The position numbers and the translations under genes were made by a program. From NCBI GenBank assembly GCA_011772755.1, contig WVYX01000192.1, positions 1,856 to 65,855 of the forward strand: a DNA stretch of 64,000 bases, read 5' to 3'. The DNA is from Gemmatimonadales bacterium (GTDB lineage: Bacteria; Gemmatimonadota; Gemmatimonadetes; Gemmatimonadales; GWC2-71-9). Position 1 is the first letter of the stretch, and each line of letters opens with the position of its first letter. Below, in pieces: positions 18,373-27,482 of this stretch. The notes under the pieces were generated by a model, which worked only from the letters and a program-made list of their open reading frames with translations, was not told the origin of the DNA and searched no databases.

Positions 18373-19071
18373 CTACAGGCCGGCGAGTGCCTCGAGGCCC
18401 ACCCGGTCGACGATGGCTATGTCCTTGCGGGACACTTCGATGAGGCCCCGGTCGGCGAACTCACGGATGGTCCGCGAGACGGTCTCCCGGCTGGAGCCGA
18501 TCATCTGGGCGATGGTATGGTGCGTCACCTTGCGGGGGATGGTCTTTCCATCGTTCTCATCCGCCAGCTCGATCAGGAGGCGGGCCACCCGACCGTTCAC
18601 GTCTAGCAGTACTAGGCCACCGATCTTGTCATCGGCACGCCGCAGGCGTCGCGACAGCGCCCGGAGCAGTCCCAGGGCGATCCGCGGTGTCTCTTCGAGG
18701 CACTGGCGAAAGTCCTCTCGCCGCAGCACCAGGAGGTTCGACTCCTCCATGGCGATGACGTGGGCTGATCGTGGCTGATCGTCGATCAGCGACATCTCTC
18801 CAAAGAAATCTCCGTCCCTCAACATGGACAGAATGACCTCTCGTCCGTCCTCGCCAATCAGGACTACCTTCACCTGGCCACTGAGGACCACGTAGAGGGC
18901 ATCGCCTGGGTCGTCTTCGAACAGGATGACGCTGTTCTTGGGGTAGCTCTTTTCGCGGGCCGCTTCGGTGATGTGCGCGATCTCCGCGTCGCTCAGCTGG
19001 GTGAACAGCGGGATCTGCCGCAGTCGCTTGGTCACGGACATGGGCGCATCAGCTGGGGAGCTGTCTGGCAT
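18373..19071 (-). CDS. Crp/Fnr-family transcriptional regulator (cNMP-binding domain + HTH)
   Basis: cNMP-binding fold (FGEMSLID ... RSAHVIA) followed by the HTH THHTIAQMIGSSRETVSRTIREF. 232 aa. Confidence 0.85.
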   Translation of the reverse strand: MPDSSPADAPMSVTKRLRQIPLFTQLSDAEIAHITEAAREKSYPKNSVILFEDDPGDALYVVLSGQVKVVLIGEDGREVILSMLRDGDFFGEMSLIDDQPRSAHVIAMEESNLLVLRREDFRQCLEETPRIALGLLRALSRRLRRADDKIGGLVLLDVNGRVARLLIELADENDGKTIPRKVTHHTIAQMIGSSRETVSRTIREFADRGLIEVSRKDIAIVDRVGLEALAGL

Positions 19072-19131
19072 GGTCAGGCCCTAGCTTACTCCTGGACCCC
19101 GGCTGTGTCAAATCAGAACCGAGTCGTCCGC

Positions 19132-19161
19132 TTGCCCCCAAGTCTCTGTCGCCATTATATT
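19132..19161 (+). promoter_or_regulatory. Candidate promoter for rpmE-prfA-prmC
   Basis: TTGCCC (19132-19137), 18-nt spacer, TATATT (19156-19161), the only AT-rich hexamer in the gap. TATATTTC also resembles the TAnnTTTG -7 element used by short FCB-type RpoD. A small hairpin CCGCC-TCTTTG-GGCGG follows at 19164-19179. Confidence 0.35.
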
Positions 19162-19214
19162 TCCGCCTCTTTGGGCGGGCTCAGTCCGGGGCAATGTCAC
19201 ATGGAGCTTAGCCG

Positions 19215-19433
19215 GTGAAAGCGGGTATTCATCCCACCTACCAGCGTGCCGTCGTCCAGTGCGCGTGTGGTAACACTTTTGAGACGCGATCGACTCTCCC
19301 AGCGATCCACGTGGAGATCTGTGCGCGTTGCCACCCGTTCTTTACCGGGCGGCAGAAGCTGGTCGATACGGCGGGTCGCGTGGAGCGTTTCCGGCAGCGC
19401 TACGGAGCCGGCGCCGAGCAGGACGGAGAGTAG
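19215..19433 (+). CDS. rpmE: 50S ribosomal protein L31
   Basis: MKAGIHPTY ... CACGN ... [10 protein letters not shown] zinc-ribbon signature. 72 aa. GTG start. Confidence 0.95.
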   Translation: MKAGIHPTYQRAVVQCACGNTFETRSTLPAIHVEICARCHPFFTGRQKLVDTAGRVERFRQRYGAGAEQDGE

Positions 19434-19439
19434 GTAGGC

Positions 19440-20498
19440 ATGGAAGCGCGGCTCGAAGCCGCGCTTGCTCGCGCGGCCGAAGTCGAACGTGAACTGGCCG
19501 AGCCAGCCACCGCACGCGATCCCGCCAGGCTCAGGGCCCTAGGCCGCGAGCACGCCCGCCTCGAGCACATCCGTCGGATTGCCGCTCAATACCACAAGCT
19601 GAAGTGCGAGCGTGACCAGTCTCAGGAATTGGCACGCGACCCCGACCCGGCGCTGGCGGAGCTCGCCCGGGCGGACCTGGAGCGGCTCACGCCGGAAGTC
19701 GCGGCACTGGAGGCGCAGCTCACTGACCTGCTCGTGCCACGGGATCCCCTGGACGGTCGCGACACGATCATGGAGATCCGTGCCGGGACTGGGGGGGACG
19801 AGGCTGCTCTCTTCGCTGCCGACCTACTGCGGATGTACACGCGGTACGCAGAGCGCCGCGGATGGACCGTGGCCATGGTTGCCTTGTCGGAGGGGAACGT
19901 CGGGGGGGTCAAGGAGGCGATCTTCAAGGTGCAGGGGGAAGCGGCCTACGGCCGGCTCCGCCATGAGTCCGGCGTCCACCGGGTTCAGCGGGTGCCCGTG
20001 ACGGAGGCTCAGGGTCGCATCCACACGTCCGCCGCCACGGTGGCGGTACTGCCGGAAGCGGAGGAAGTGGACGTGCGGGTCGAGGAAAAGGACCTCAAGA
20101 TCGACGTGTTCCGATCGTCGGGGCCAGGCGGCCAGAGCGTGAATACCACCGACAGTGCGGTGCGGATCACGCACCTACCCACCGGCCTCGTGGTGCACTG
20201 CCAGGATCAGAAGTCGCAGCTCCAGAACAAGCTCCGGGCGCTAGAGGTGTTGCGGGCGCGGCTGTTGGATCGGATGCTCGCCGAGCAGGAAACCGAGCGC
20301 GCACGGGAACGGCGGGCGATGGTGGGCACCGGTGATCGGTCGGCCAAGATCCGGACCTACAACTTCCCACAGAATCGGGTCACCGACCACCGTATCAACC
20401 TCACCGTGCATCGGCTGGACGAGATCCTGGATGGGGAGCTCGACCGGATCATCGACGTGCTCAGGCTCGCCTACCAAGGTGAGCGGGCGTCGACTTGA
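19440..20498 (+). CDS. prfA: Peptide chain release factor 1
   Basis: [20 protein letters not shown] (GGQ loop) and [14 protein letters not shown] (PxT tripeptide region, P-V-T here). 352 aa. Confidence 0.95.
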   Translation: MEARLEAALARAAEVERELAEPATARDPARLRALGREHARLEHIRRIAAQYHKLKCERDQSQELARDPDPALAELARADLERLTPEVAALEAQLTDLLVPRDPLDGRDTIMEIRAGTGGDEAALFAADLLRMYTRYAERRGWTVAMVALSEGNVGGVKEAIFKVQGEAAYGRLRHESGVHRVQRVPVTEAQGRIHTSAATVAVLPEAEEVDVRVEEKDLKIDVFRSSGPGGQSVNTTDSAVRITHLPTGLVVHCQDQKSQLQNKLRALEVLRARLLDRMLAEQETERARERRAMVGTGDRSAKIRTYNFPQNRVTDHRINLTVHRLDEILDGELDRIIDVLRLAYQGERAST

Positions 20499-20502
20499 GC
20501 GC

Positions 20503-21381
20503 GTGTCCGGGTCGTCGCTCGGTGAGGAGCTGGATGGGGCCGCCCGCGTCCTCGCGGCGGCCGGAGTGAGACACGCCCGGCGAGAAGTGACGTCCATCTG
20601 GGCGCGTCTCACTGGGGCGGCTGTTGGGAACGCGTGGATCTCCCGGAGTGAGGAGGTCCCGCCTGACGTCCACGTCGCCCTTCGCCGCGCCGTGGCGCGG
20701 CGTGCTCGAGGCGAGCCGTTGGCGTACGCCACGGAGCTCGCCGGCTTCCGTACGCTCGACGTGAAGGTGGACCGGCGGGTGTTGATTCCCCGGCCGGAGA
20801 CGGAGGGGCTGGTCGAGCTGGTGCTTGCCTGGGGTGGGGAAGAAAAGGGACCCCTGGCATCCTGGGGGGTCGCCCTCGACCTCGGCACCGGCAGCGGGTG
20901 CGTTGCGCTGAGTCTCGCGGTTGAGGGACGGTTCCACCGGGTGGTGGCTACCGATGTCTCGGCTGATGCTCTGGCGGTGGCGCGAGAGAATCTCGCCCAG
21001 GTTCGGCCGCCGGTACCGGTGGAGCTTCGCCAGGGTTCGCTGTTCCGGCCCGTGGCCGGAGAGTTGTACGACGTCATCGTGTCCAACCCGCCGTATGTCA
21101 CCGAGGACGAGTTCGCGCGACTCGACACTGGTGTGCGGAACTTCGAACCGCCCGAGGCGCTGGTGAGCGGAGAGGATGGGCTCGAGCTGACCAGGTGTCT
21201 GGTTGAGCACGCCGGCGCCCACCTTGCGCCGGGCGGACTGTTCGCTCTTGAAGTAGATTCGAGCAGGGCGGATACGGTGCTCGAGCTGGCCCGAGTTGCT
21301 GGCTGGCGCGCTGCCCGCCTGGAGATGGACGTGTTTGGCCGCGCCAGGTACCTGCTTGCCACCATGGAGTCGAATCAGTGA
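20503..21381 (+). CDS. prmC: Release-factor glutamine N5-methyltransferase
   Basis: SAM-binding DLGTGSGCVAL and catalytic VSNPPYV. GTG 20503 lies just after the prfA stop; the track ORF start at 20332 would overlap prfA by 167 nt. Confidence 0.88.
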   Translation: MSGSSLGEELDGAARVLAAAGVRHARREVTSIWARLTGAAVGNAWISRSEEVPPDVHVALRRAVARRARGEPLAYATELAGFRTLDVKVDRRVLIPRPETEGLVELVLAWGGEEKGPLASWGVALDLGTGSGCVALSLAVEGRFHRVVATDVSADALAVARENLAQVRPPVPVELRQGSLFRPVAGELYDVIVSNPPYVTEDEFARLDTGVRNFEPPEALVSGEDGLELTRCLVEHAGAHLAPGGLFALEVDSSRADTVLELARVAGWRAARLEMDVFGRARYLLATMESNQ

Positions 21382-21731
21382 TAGCGGAGAAGGCCCACGA
21401 GCTCGGACGGCTCATCGGACAGAGTGACGACTACAAGGCGCTCAAGCGAGCGCGTGAGGGCCTGGATGAGGCCAGGGAGCTGAAACCGAAGCTCGATCGG
21501 CTGCAACAGATTGCGGAGGCTGCCGAGCGGCAGGCGGCCGACGGGAACGAACCTGGCAAGGCCGACGCTGAAGAGTACGACCGGCTGCTGGGCGAGATTC
21601 AATCCAATTCACAATACCAGCAGCTGGTTGCCGCCCAGTCGAATTTCGACAAACTGATGTTGCGCGTCCAGGAACGGATCATGGAGGGGATGCGCAAGGG
21701 CGGCGAGAGTTCCATCATTACGCTCGACTGA
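21378..21731 (+). CDS. YlbF/YmcA-like small helical protein
   Basis: 117 aa all-helical. A..LG..I..S..Y..L ... Q.N..Y pattern reminiscent of the YlbF family. Overlaps the prmC stop. Confidence 0.5.
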   Translation: MIAEKAHELGRLIGQSDDYKALKRAREGLDEARELKPKLDRLQQIAEAAERQAADGNEPGKADAEEYDRLLGEIQSNSQYQQLVAAQSNFDKLMLRVQERIMEGMRKGGESSIITLD

Positions 21732-21742
21732 CGGTAGCTGCC

Positions 21743-22363
21743 GTGCCGGGCCTATTCATCGTGGTCGAGGGGCCGGAGGGAGCGGGCAAGACCACCCTGG
21801 TCAAGCGGCTCACGCGGCGGCTACAGCAGGCCGGGTACCAGGTCCTCGAGGTGCGGGAACCCGGTGGGACGGACGGGGCGGAGGCTGCGCGAGCCCTGGT
21901 GCTGGACCCGGAGAGGCACTGGAGCCCCGTGGCGGAGCTGTTCCTCATTCTTGCCGCCCGGGCCGAGCTCGTGACGCGGGTCATAGAGCCACGCCTGCGA
22001 GAGGATTATTGGGTAGTCATCAGTGACCGATTCGACCTCTCCACCGAGGCGTATCAGATTGCTGGACGCGGACTCCCGCGTGATGGCGTGTTTGCGGCGA
22101 ACCAGCTCGCCACGGGGGGGCTGCGGCCTGATCTGACACTGGTGTTGGACATCCCTCCTCAGGTGGGTCGCCGGCGCCAGGCCGCCCAGGGCAAGGCACC
22201 CGACCGTATGGAGCGGGAGGACGAGGAGTTGCACGAGCGGGTTGCCCAGGCGTTCCGGGATGCAGTCGGCCCTGGGGTCGTTCACCTCGATGCCCAGCGG
22301 ACGCCGGAAGAGCTGGAGGGTGTCGCCTGGGATGCCATTCGAGCCCGGATCGGAACACCATAG
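21743..22363 (+). CDS. tmk: Thymidylate kinase
   Basis: P-loop FIVVEGPEGAGKTT, DRF motif (VISDRFDLS). 206 aa. Confidence 0.92.
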   Translation: MPGLFIVVEGPEGAGKTTLVKRLTRRLQQAGYQVLEVREPGGTDGAEAARALVLDPERHWSPVAELFLILAARAELVTRVIEPRLREDYWVVISDRFDLSTEAYQIAGRGLPRDGVFAANQLATGGLRPDLTLVLDIPPQVGRRRQAAQGKAPDRMEREDEELHERVAQAFRDAVGPGVVHLDAQRTPEELEGVAWDAIRARIGTP

Positions 22364-22441
22364 GTATTTGACGGGTTGAAATGAAAGCGTGAAGTGGATC
22401 CTCTATCTGAGGCGCGTCATGCAGCGGCACGGAGGTAATCG

Positions 22442-24079
22442 ATGAAAGGTCAGCGGATTCTGTTGCTCGCGTTGGTCGGCTTCGTGTCCTTCCTCTCCGG
22501 GGGGTGGCTCCTTCAGCGGGGCACCTCCCAAGCGGGCAACGTCTACCAGCGGGCGCGGCTCTTCGACGACGTACTGGGCTACGTAGCCGACTACTACGTG
22601 GATTCGGTAGGTGAGGCCCAGCTCTACGACATGGCCATCGACGGTCTGCTCGACCGGCTGCAGGATCCGTACGCACGCTTGCTTCGCAGAGAAGACTTCG
22701 ACCAACTCACCGAGAGCACGACCGGGAACTACGGCGGGCTTGGTATCCAGATTGATGTGCGCGATGGCTGGATCACCGTAATTGCACCCATTGCGGGAAC
22801 CCCAGCGGACGAGGCCGGGCTGGAGACCGGTGATCGCATTGTTGGTGTCGACGGGGAGTCGACTTTCGGTTGGAAGAACGACAAAGCGGTATCGGAGCTC
22901 CGGGGGAAGCCGGGCACTTCGGTGGATCTCACGATTGCGCGCCCTGGCTTCCCAGAACCCCTTGAGTTCACCGTCGAGCGGGCTGTGATCCACATCAAGG
23001 CTATCCGCCTCGCGACACTCGTCGGGGGCGATGTCGGCTACATCTCGTTGGTGAACTCGAACATCAGCGAGACGCTGGCTGACGAGCTCCAGGAGGAGAT
23101 CATACGACTGCGGAGCGAGGGTGCCCGCTCGCTCATTCTCGACCTCCGCAACAACCCGGGCGGGCTCCTGGACCAGGGCGTCGAGGTGTCGGATCTGTTC
23201 CTCGGTCCGGGTCAGACCATCGTCTCTACGCGGGGGCGCGCGCGGGGTACATCGGAGTCATACGCCGCTCAGCAGCGGCAGCGCTGGCCGGACCTTCCCA
23301 TGGTCGTGCTGGTGAACGGTGGCACGGCCAGCGCATCGGAGATCATCGCTGGCGCGCTGCAGGATCACGACCGCGCCCTGGTCCTCGGTACTCCGACGTT
23401 CGGCAAGGGGCTGGTGCAGACGGTCTTCCGGCTGGGCCGGTATCAGGCGCTGCGGCTGACTACGGCCCGGTGGTATACACCGAGCGGCCGCACGATTCAG
23501 CGGATGCGCACCCAGCCGAGTTCTGCAGCGCTCGTGGTGGCGCAGGCTCAGCAGGCGGCTGGCGAAGCTGCCGACTCGGCGGCCGTGGATTCGAGCAAAG
23601 TGTTCCACACGGACGCTGGTCGCACTGTCCTCGGCGGCGGCGGCATCAGACCGGATCTGATCGTGCGGCCTGACACGCTCACCGACGGGGAGCAGGAGTT
23701 CCTGCGGAACCTCGGCTCGAAGCTCCCTGTGTACCGAGATGTGATGACGACGTACGCGCTCGAGCTCAAGGCCTCCGATGCTGTGCGGGACCCCAGCTTC
23801 CAGGTAACTCGCCAGATGCGCGCTGAGCTGCTGCGCCGCTTGAGGGACCGGGGTGTCGAGATGTCAGACCAAGAGTTCCACGCAGCAGCTGTGCTCATTG
23901 AACAGCAATTCGGGTACGAAGTCCAGCGCTACGTCTTCGGTCGTGAGGCAGAGACGCACCGGCGCATTCAGGACGACGTGCAGGTTCGGAAGGCCCTTGA
24001 GCTGTTGGAGCAGGCGCGCTCCGTGCAAGAGTTGCTGGCGCTCGCGGCGGCAAGTACGGAGCGCACCCGTACGCCGTGA
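22442..24079 (+). CDS. S41-family C-terminal processing peptidase with PDZ domain
   Basis: N-terminal anchor, PDZ (GLETGDRIVGVDGES), catalytic-Ser context NGGTASASEI and Lys context TFGKGLVQ. Confidence 0.88.
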   Translation: MKGQRILLLALVGFVSFLSGGWLLQRGTSQAGNVYQRARLFDDVLGYVADYYVDSVGEAQLYDMAIDGLLDRLQDPYARLLRREDFDQLTESTTGNYGGLGIQIDVRDGWITVIAPIAGTPADEAGLETGDRIVGVDGESTFGWKNDKAVSELRGKPGTSVDLTIARPGFPEPLEFTVERAVIHIKAIRLATLVGGDVGYISLVNSNISETLADELQEEIIRLRSEGARSLILDLRNNPGGLLDQGVEVSDLFLGPGQTIVSTRGRARGTSESYAAQQRQRWPDLPMVVLVNGGTASASEIIAGALQDHDRALVLGTPTFGKGLVQTVFRLGRYQALRLTTARWYTPSGRTIQRMRTQPSSAALVVAQAQQAAGEAADSAAVDSSKVFHTDAGRTVLGGGGIRPDLIVRPDTLTDGEQEFLRNLGSKLPVYRDVMTTYALELKASDAVRDPSFQVTRQMRAELLRRLRDRGVEMSDQEFHAAAVLIEQQFGYEVQRYVFGREAETHRRIQDDVQVRKALELLEQARSVQELLALAAASTERTRTP

Positions 24080-24912
24080 CAGCCGTCGGGATAGTGGGGC
24101 CGGGCCGTGCTGGGGTGGGGTTCGGCCTGGCGCTCTCCCGAGCCGGTCATCAGGTTGTGCTGCACGGCCGGCGGCCGAAACATCTACCCATACCGCTTGA
24201 ACTCACCTGGGGCGAAGCTCCACCCTGGCTCCCGTCGGTGGACGTCGTCCTGCTAGCAGTGCCCGACGACACAGTGCGGGACGTTGCCGCAGCCGTTGCC
24301 GAGACGGGGGCGGTGACGGCACAGCACACCGTGCTCCACGTGTCCGGGGTTCTCGATCACCTGGTGCTCGACCCCCTCGCTCCCACAGGTGCAGCCCTGG
24401 GCTCTCTCCACCCGTTTCAGACGCTGGCCGATCCCCTAGACGCGCCGCAGCGGCTGGACGGTGCCACGGCCGCCGTTGAAGGAATGCCGGAGGCTGTGGA
24501 GGTGGCCACAACCCTGGCGCGTTCGGTGGGGCTGCGGCCCATAACGATCTCCCGGGAGCACAAAGTCGTGTATCATGCAGCGGCGGTGTTCGCCTCTAAT
24601 CACCTGGTGGTGCTCGCAGGTATGGCAGAGGAGCTGCTCCAGGACGCTGGTCTTTCCCAAGCCCAGGCACGGGAGGCGATCGGGTCGCTCATGGCTGGTG
24701 CCCTCGAGAACGTCCGGAGAGGGGGACCAGCCCCGGCCCTCACTGGACCCGTGGTGCGGGGTGACCTCGAGACGGTCCGTAAGCACTTGGCCGCCCTGCC
24801 GGAGGAGGCGGTTCGAGTGTATCGCTCAATGGCCCTCGCAGCACTCCGGCTCGCGGAATTGCGCCCGGAGCGACGCCAGGCAATCGAGGCGGAGCTCTCG
24901 ACTAACAACTAG
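24076..24912 (+). CDS. Rossmann-fold NAD(P)-binding protein (DUF2520-like C-terminus)
   Basis: N-terminal VGIVGPGRAGVGFGLAL dinucleotide-binding motif. 278 aa. Overlaps the preceding stop. Confidence 0.6.
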   Translation: MTAVGIVGPGRAGVGFGLALSRAGHQVVLHGRRPKHLPIPLELTWGEAPPWLPSVDVVLLAVPDDTVRDVAAAVAETGAVTAQHTVLHVSGVLDHLVLDPLAPTGAALGSLHPFQTLADPLDAPQRLDGATAAVEGMPEAVEVATTLARSVGLRPITISREHKVVYHAAAVFASNHLVVLAGMAEELLQDAGLSQAQAREAIGSLMAGALENVRRGGPAPALTGPVVRGDLETVRKHLAALPEEAVRVYRSMALAALRLAELRPERRQAIEAELSTNN

Positions 24913-25013
24913 CAGTTAGCAACTAGCAATTGCCAACTGGCAGTTTGTGACTTGGGGAGCGCACACCGTCGACGCGCGTCACGAATTGCTGATTGCAAAC
25001 TGCTGATTGCTGT
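24905..25013. repeat. AT-richer short-period repeat arrays in inverted orientation around a GC-rich core
   Basis: About nine copies of [ATG]GCA[AG][TC]T every 7-8 nt. Nested complementary pairs: AGCAAT 24925-30 / ATTGCT 25005-10, GCAGTTTG 24940-47 / CAAACTGC 24996-25003, GTGAC 24947-51 / GTCAC 24978-82. Between convergent genes. Confidence 0.6.
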
Positions 25014-25028
25014 GCCGAAGGCTTCAGC

Positions 25029-25670
25029 TCACGGTACCACAACCCGTACCCCTGCTGGTACGTCGAACCGCAGCTCGGCATCGGGGATGGGAACATTGGT
25101 GCGGATCCGCCGGAAGATGAACGTCCGTCGCTGGCCTGAGGGCTCCCGCACCGCTATCCGCCGCAGCAGACCGTCGCTTCGAGCCACCGCTATTTCAGCC
25201 TCCCGAAACGGCAGGTCGTCGCGTCTCGGAGTGAGATGAACCACGTCAACCGTCTCGCCGCCGATGGTGTCCGTACCCACATAGCGTGCCGTGTAGCGTT
25301 CCAGTGGATTGTCGACGAACTGGCTAACCAGGTTAGGCGACGCGGTGCCCGACCGTGGGACGGGTTGCCTGATCACCTGGTCGGGTACACTGCTGGGAGC
25401 GTAGGCCCAGAGCCACGTCCCATCGGCCACGATCCGGTCTCCCTCGGGATGGATGAACCGCATCGCGAAGCGATCGGGAGGTACCAGGTACAGCACGCCC
25501 TGCGACTCCTCGGGGCCGCCCAGCATCGGATTGACCAGCGTTTGGGTGAACTCGGCCGTCAGCGTAGTGATCCCGCCGTAGGTCCGCTCGGCACGCCGCA
25601 GCGCCGTCGCCGCATCCTGCGCGGCCAGCGGCGAGGCCACGGCCAGGAGGGTGAGAAGCGCGGCTCTCAA
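25029..25670 (-). CDS. lolA: Outer-membrane lipoprotein carrier protein LolA-like
   Basis: Signal peptide, then TLTAEFTQTL ... GVLYLVPPDRFAMRF ... DGTWLWAY, the typical LolA pattern. 213 aa. Confidence 0.8.
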   Translation of the reverse strand: MRAALLTLLAVASPLAAQDAATALRRAERTYGGITTLTAEFTQTLVNPMLGGPEESQGVLYLVPPDRFAMRFIHPEGDRIVADGTWLWAYAPSSVPDQVIRQPVPRSGTASPNLVSQFVDNPLERYTARYVGTDTIGGETVDVVHLTPRRDDLPFREAEIAVARSDGLLRRIAVREPSGQRRTFIFRRIRTNVPIPDAELRFDVPAGVRVVVP

Positions 25671-26710
25671 GCGCTCATGGCCGGGAGCGGGTCCGCCACG
25701 TGCCGCCCGATGGCCTCGGCGATGACCCGGATCTCCCGCATCAGCTGGGTGAACTGTTCGGGGTAGAGGCTCTGGGCTCCGTCCGACAGCGCTCGGTCGG
25801 GATTGGGGTGTACCTCGACCATGACACCGTCCGCACCGGCGGCCACGGCAGCACGGGCCATGGGAATCACCTTGTCTCGCCGACCGGTGCCATGACTCGG
25901 GTCGGCGATGATTGGCAGGTGTGACAGCTCATGCACCACCGGGATTGCCGTCACGTCGAACACGTTCCGAGTTGTGCTGTCAAACCCGCGGATACCCCGC
26001 TCGCACAGAATGACCTGATCGTTGCCTTCAGCCAGCAGGTACTCGGCGGAGAGCAACAGCTCTGTTATTGTCGCGGCAATGCCGCGCTTGAGGAGCACCG
26101 GCTTGCCGGCGCGTCCCGCAGACTTGAGCAGGGAGAAGTTCTGCATGTTGCGCGCACCGATCTGAATTACGTCGGCGTATTGCGCTACTGCATCCACGCC
26201 TTCCGAATCCAACGCCTCGGTTACCACTAGGAGTCCCGTCTGGTCCCGGGCCTTCGCCAAGAGCTTGAGACCCTCGATGCCCAGCCCCTGGAAGGAGTAG
26301 GGGGACGTGCGCGGCTTGAACGCTCCGCCCCGCAGCATGGCGGCGCCCGCCGCCCGCACGGCGTGTGCCGAGGCCAGAATCTGCTCCTCGGATTCCACCG
26401 AGCACGGACCCGCGGTGACGAGAACCCCGTCCCCTCCAATGGTGAGTCCGCCGCAAAGGCGCACGACGGTCGACTCTTCCTTCCACTCCCGGGAGACCTG
26501 CTTGTATGGCTGAGTGACGTGGATGATCTCTTTGACGCCGGGGAGGGCCGCCAACCGGGAGGCGTCGACTCGTCCGTCGTTGCCGACCAGGCCGACCGCC
26601 GTGCGCTGTTTGCCCGGCATCGGACGGGCTTGATAGCCGAGCTCTTCGATGGTGTCGACGACGCGTTGCACGTGGTCTGCGGTCGCGCCGTGCTTCATTA
26701 CGATCAGCAT
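25667..26710 (-). CDS. 3-deoxy-7-phosphoheptulonate (DAHP) synthase, type I-beta with N-terminal regulatory domain
   Basis: KPRTSPYSFQGLG signature and N-terminal ferredoxin/ACT-like module (MLIVMKHGATADHVQRVVDTIEELG), as in Thermotoga-type enzymes. Confidence 0.9.
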   Translation of the reverse strand: MLIVMKHGATADHVQRVVDTIEELGYQARPMPGKQRTAVGLVGNDGRVDASRLAALPGVKEIIHVTQPYKQVSREWKEESTVVRLCGGLTIGGDGVLVTAGPCSVESEEQILASAHAVRAAGAAMLRGGAFKPRTSPYSFQGLGIEGLKLLAKARDQTGLLVVTEALDSEGVDAVAQYADVIQIGARNMQNFSLLKSAGRAGKPVLLKRGIAATITELLLSAEYLLAEGNDQVILCERGIRGFDSTTRNVFDVTAIPVVHELSHLPIIADPSHGTGRRDKVIPMARAAVAAGADGVMVEVHPNPDRALSDGAQSLYPEQFTQLMREIRVIAEAIGRHVADPLPAMSA

Positions 26711-26716
26711 GACCTA

Positions 26717-27481
26717 CTACGCTCCTACGGAGAACCGGTCCCCATCCCGTGCGGCGACGATCTCACCGTCGAACTCCCGCGCGGCGACCGCCGCCGGGTC
26801 GATGTCGCCGAACACTGGGTAGAAGTGCGTCAGCACGAGGTGACGGGCACCAGCGGCACGCGCGAGCGCACCTGCCTGCGTAGGCGTTAAATGTAGCTCG
26901 ATCCCGAGTTCGTCCGGTAGGGAACATTCCGCGAGCAGGAGGCTGCAACCCACGGCCCAGCGAGCCAGCTCTTCGCTCGGCCCCGTATCACCGGTGTACA
27001 CCAGGCGCGTGCTGCCAGCGCGAATCCCATAGGCCAGGCTCTCCTCGGTGTGTGGCGTCTTGCAGGCCTCCAAGACCACCGCGTCTGCCAGCTCCCGTTG
27101 CTCGCCGGGCCCGATCTCGACGATCTCCAGCGGAAACTCCGGATCAAGCACCCAATCGCCATACGCGCTGGCCAGGTGCGCCATACGGGCTTGAAGCCCC
27201 CGGGGTCCGATCACCGTGAGTGGGGCGCTACGGCTAGGCTCAGTTCCCCACCGCAGCGCGAACATAAACATGACCAGCTCGCCCCAGTGATCCGGATGGA
27301 AGTGGGTGATCGCCAGGTGAGTCACCTCCGCCCACGGGATCTGGTATGTGACGGCGCGATGCAGGGTTCCGGCACCGCAGTCCAGTAGCAGCTGTACCGG
27401 TGGGGCGCTCACCCAGTACGCGGGCGCGGTTCGCTCGCTAGTGGGCGCAACGGTGCCACTCCCCAGAACGGTGAGGTCCAC
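26717..27481 (-). CDS. MBL-fold metallo-hydrolase (RNase Z/BN-like)
   Basis: HFHPDHWGEL metal motif. 254 aa. Confidence 0.75.
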   Translation of the reverse strand: MDLTVLGSGTVAPTSERTAPAYWVSAPPVQLLLDCGAGTLHRAVTYQIPWAEVTHLAITHFHPDHWGELVMFMFALRWGTEPSRSAPLTVIGPRGLQARMAHLASAYGDWVLDPEFPLEIVEIGPGEQRELADAVVLEACKTPHTEESLAYGIRAGSTRLVYTGDTGPSEELARWAVGCSLLLAECSLPDELGIELHLTPTQAGALARAAGARHLVLTHFYPVFGDIDPAAVAAREFDGEIVAARDGDRFSVGA

Positions 27482-27482
27482 T

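Noticed and set aside
20241-21365. 374-aa minus-strand ORF opposite prfA/prmC
   Set aside because: It is a serine/arginine-rich shadow frame. prmC (NPPY, GxGxG) explains the region.
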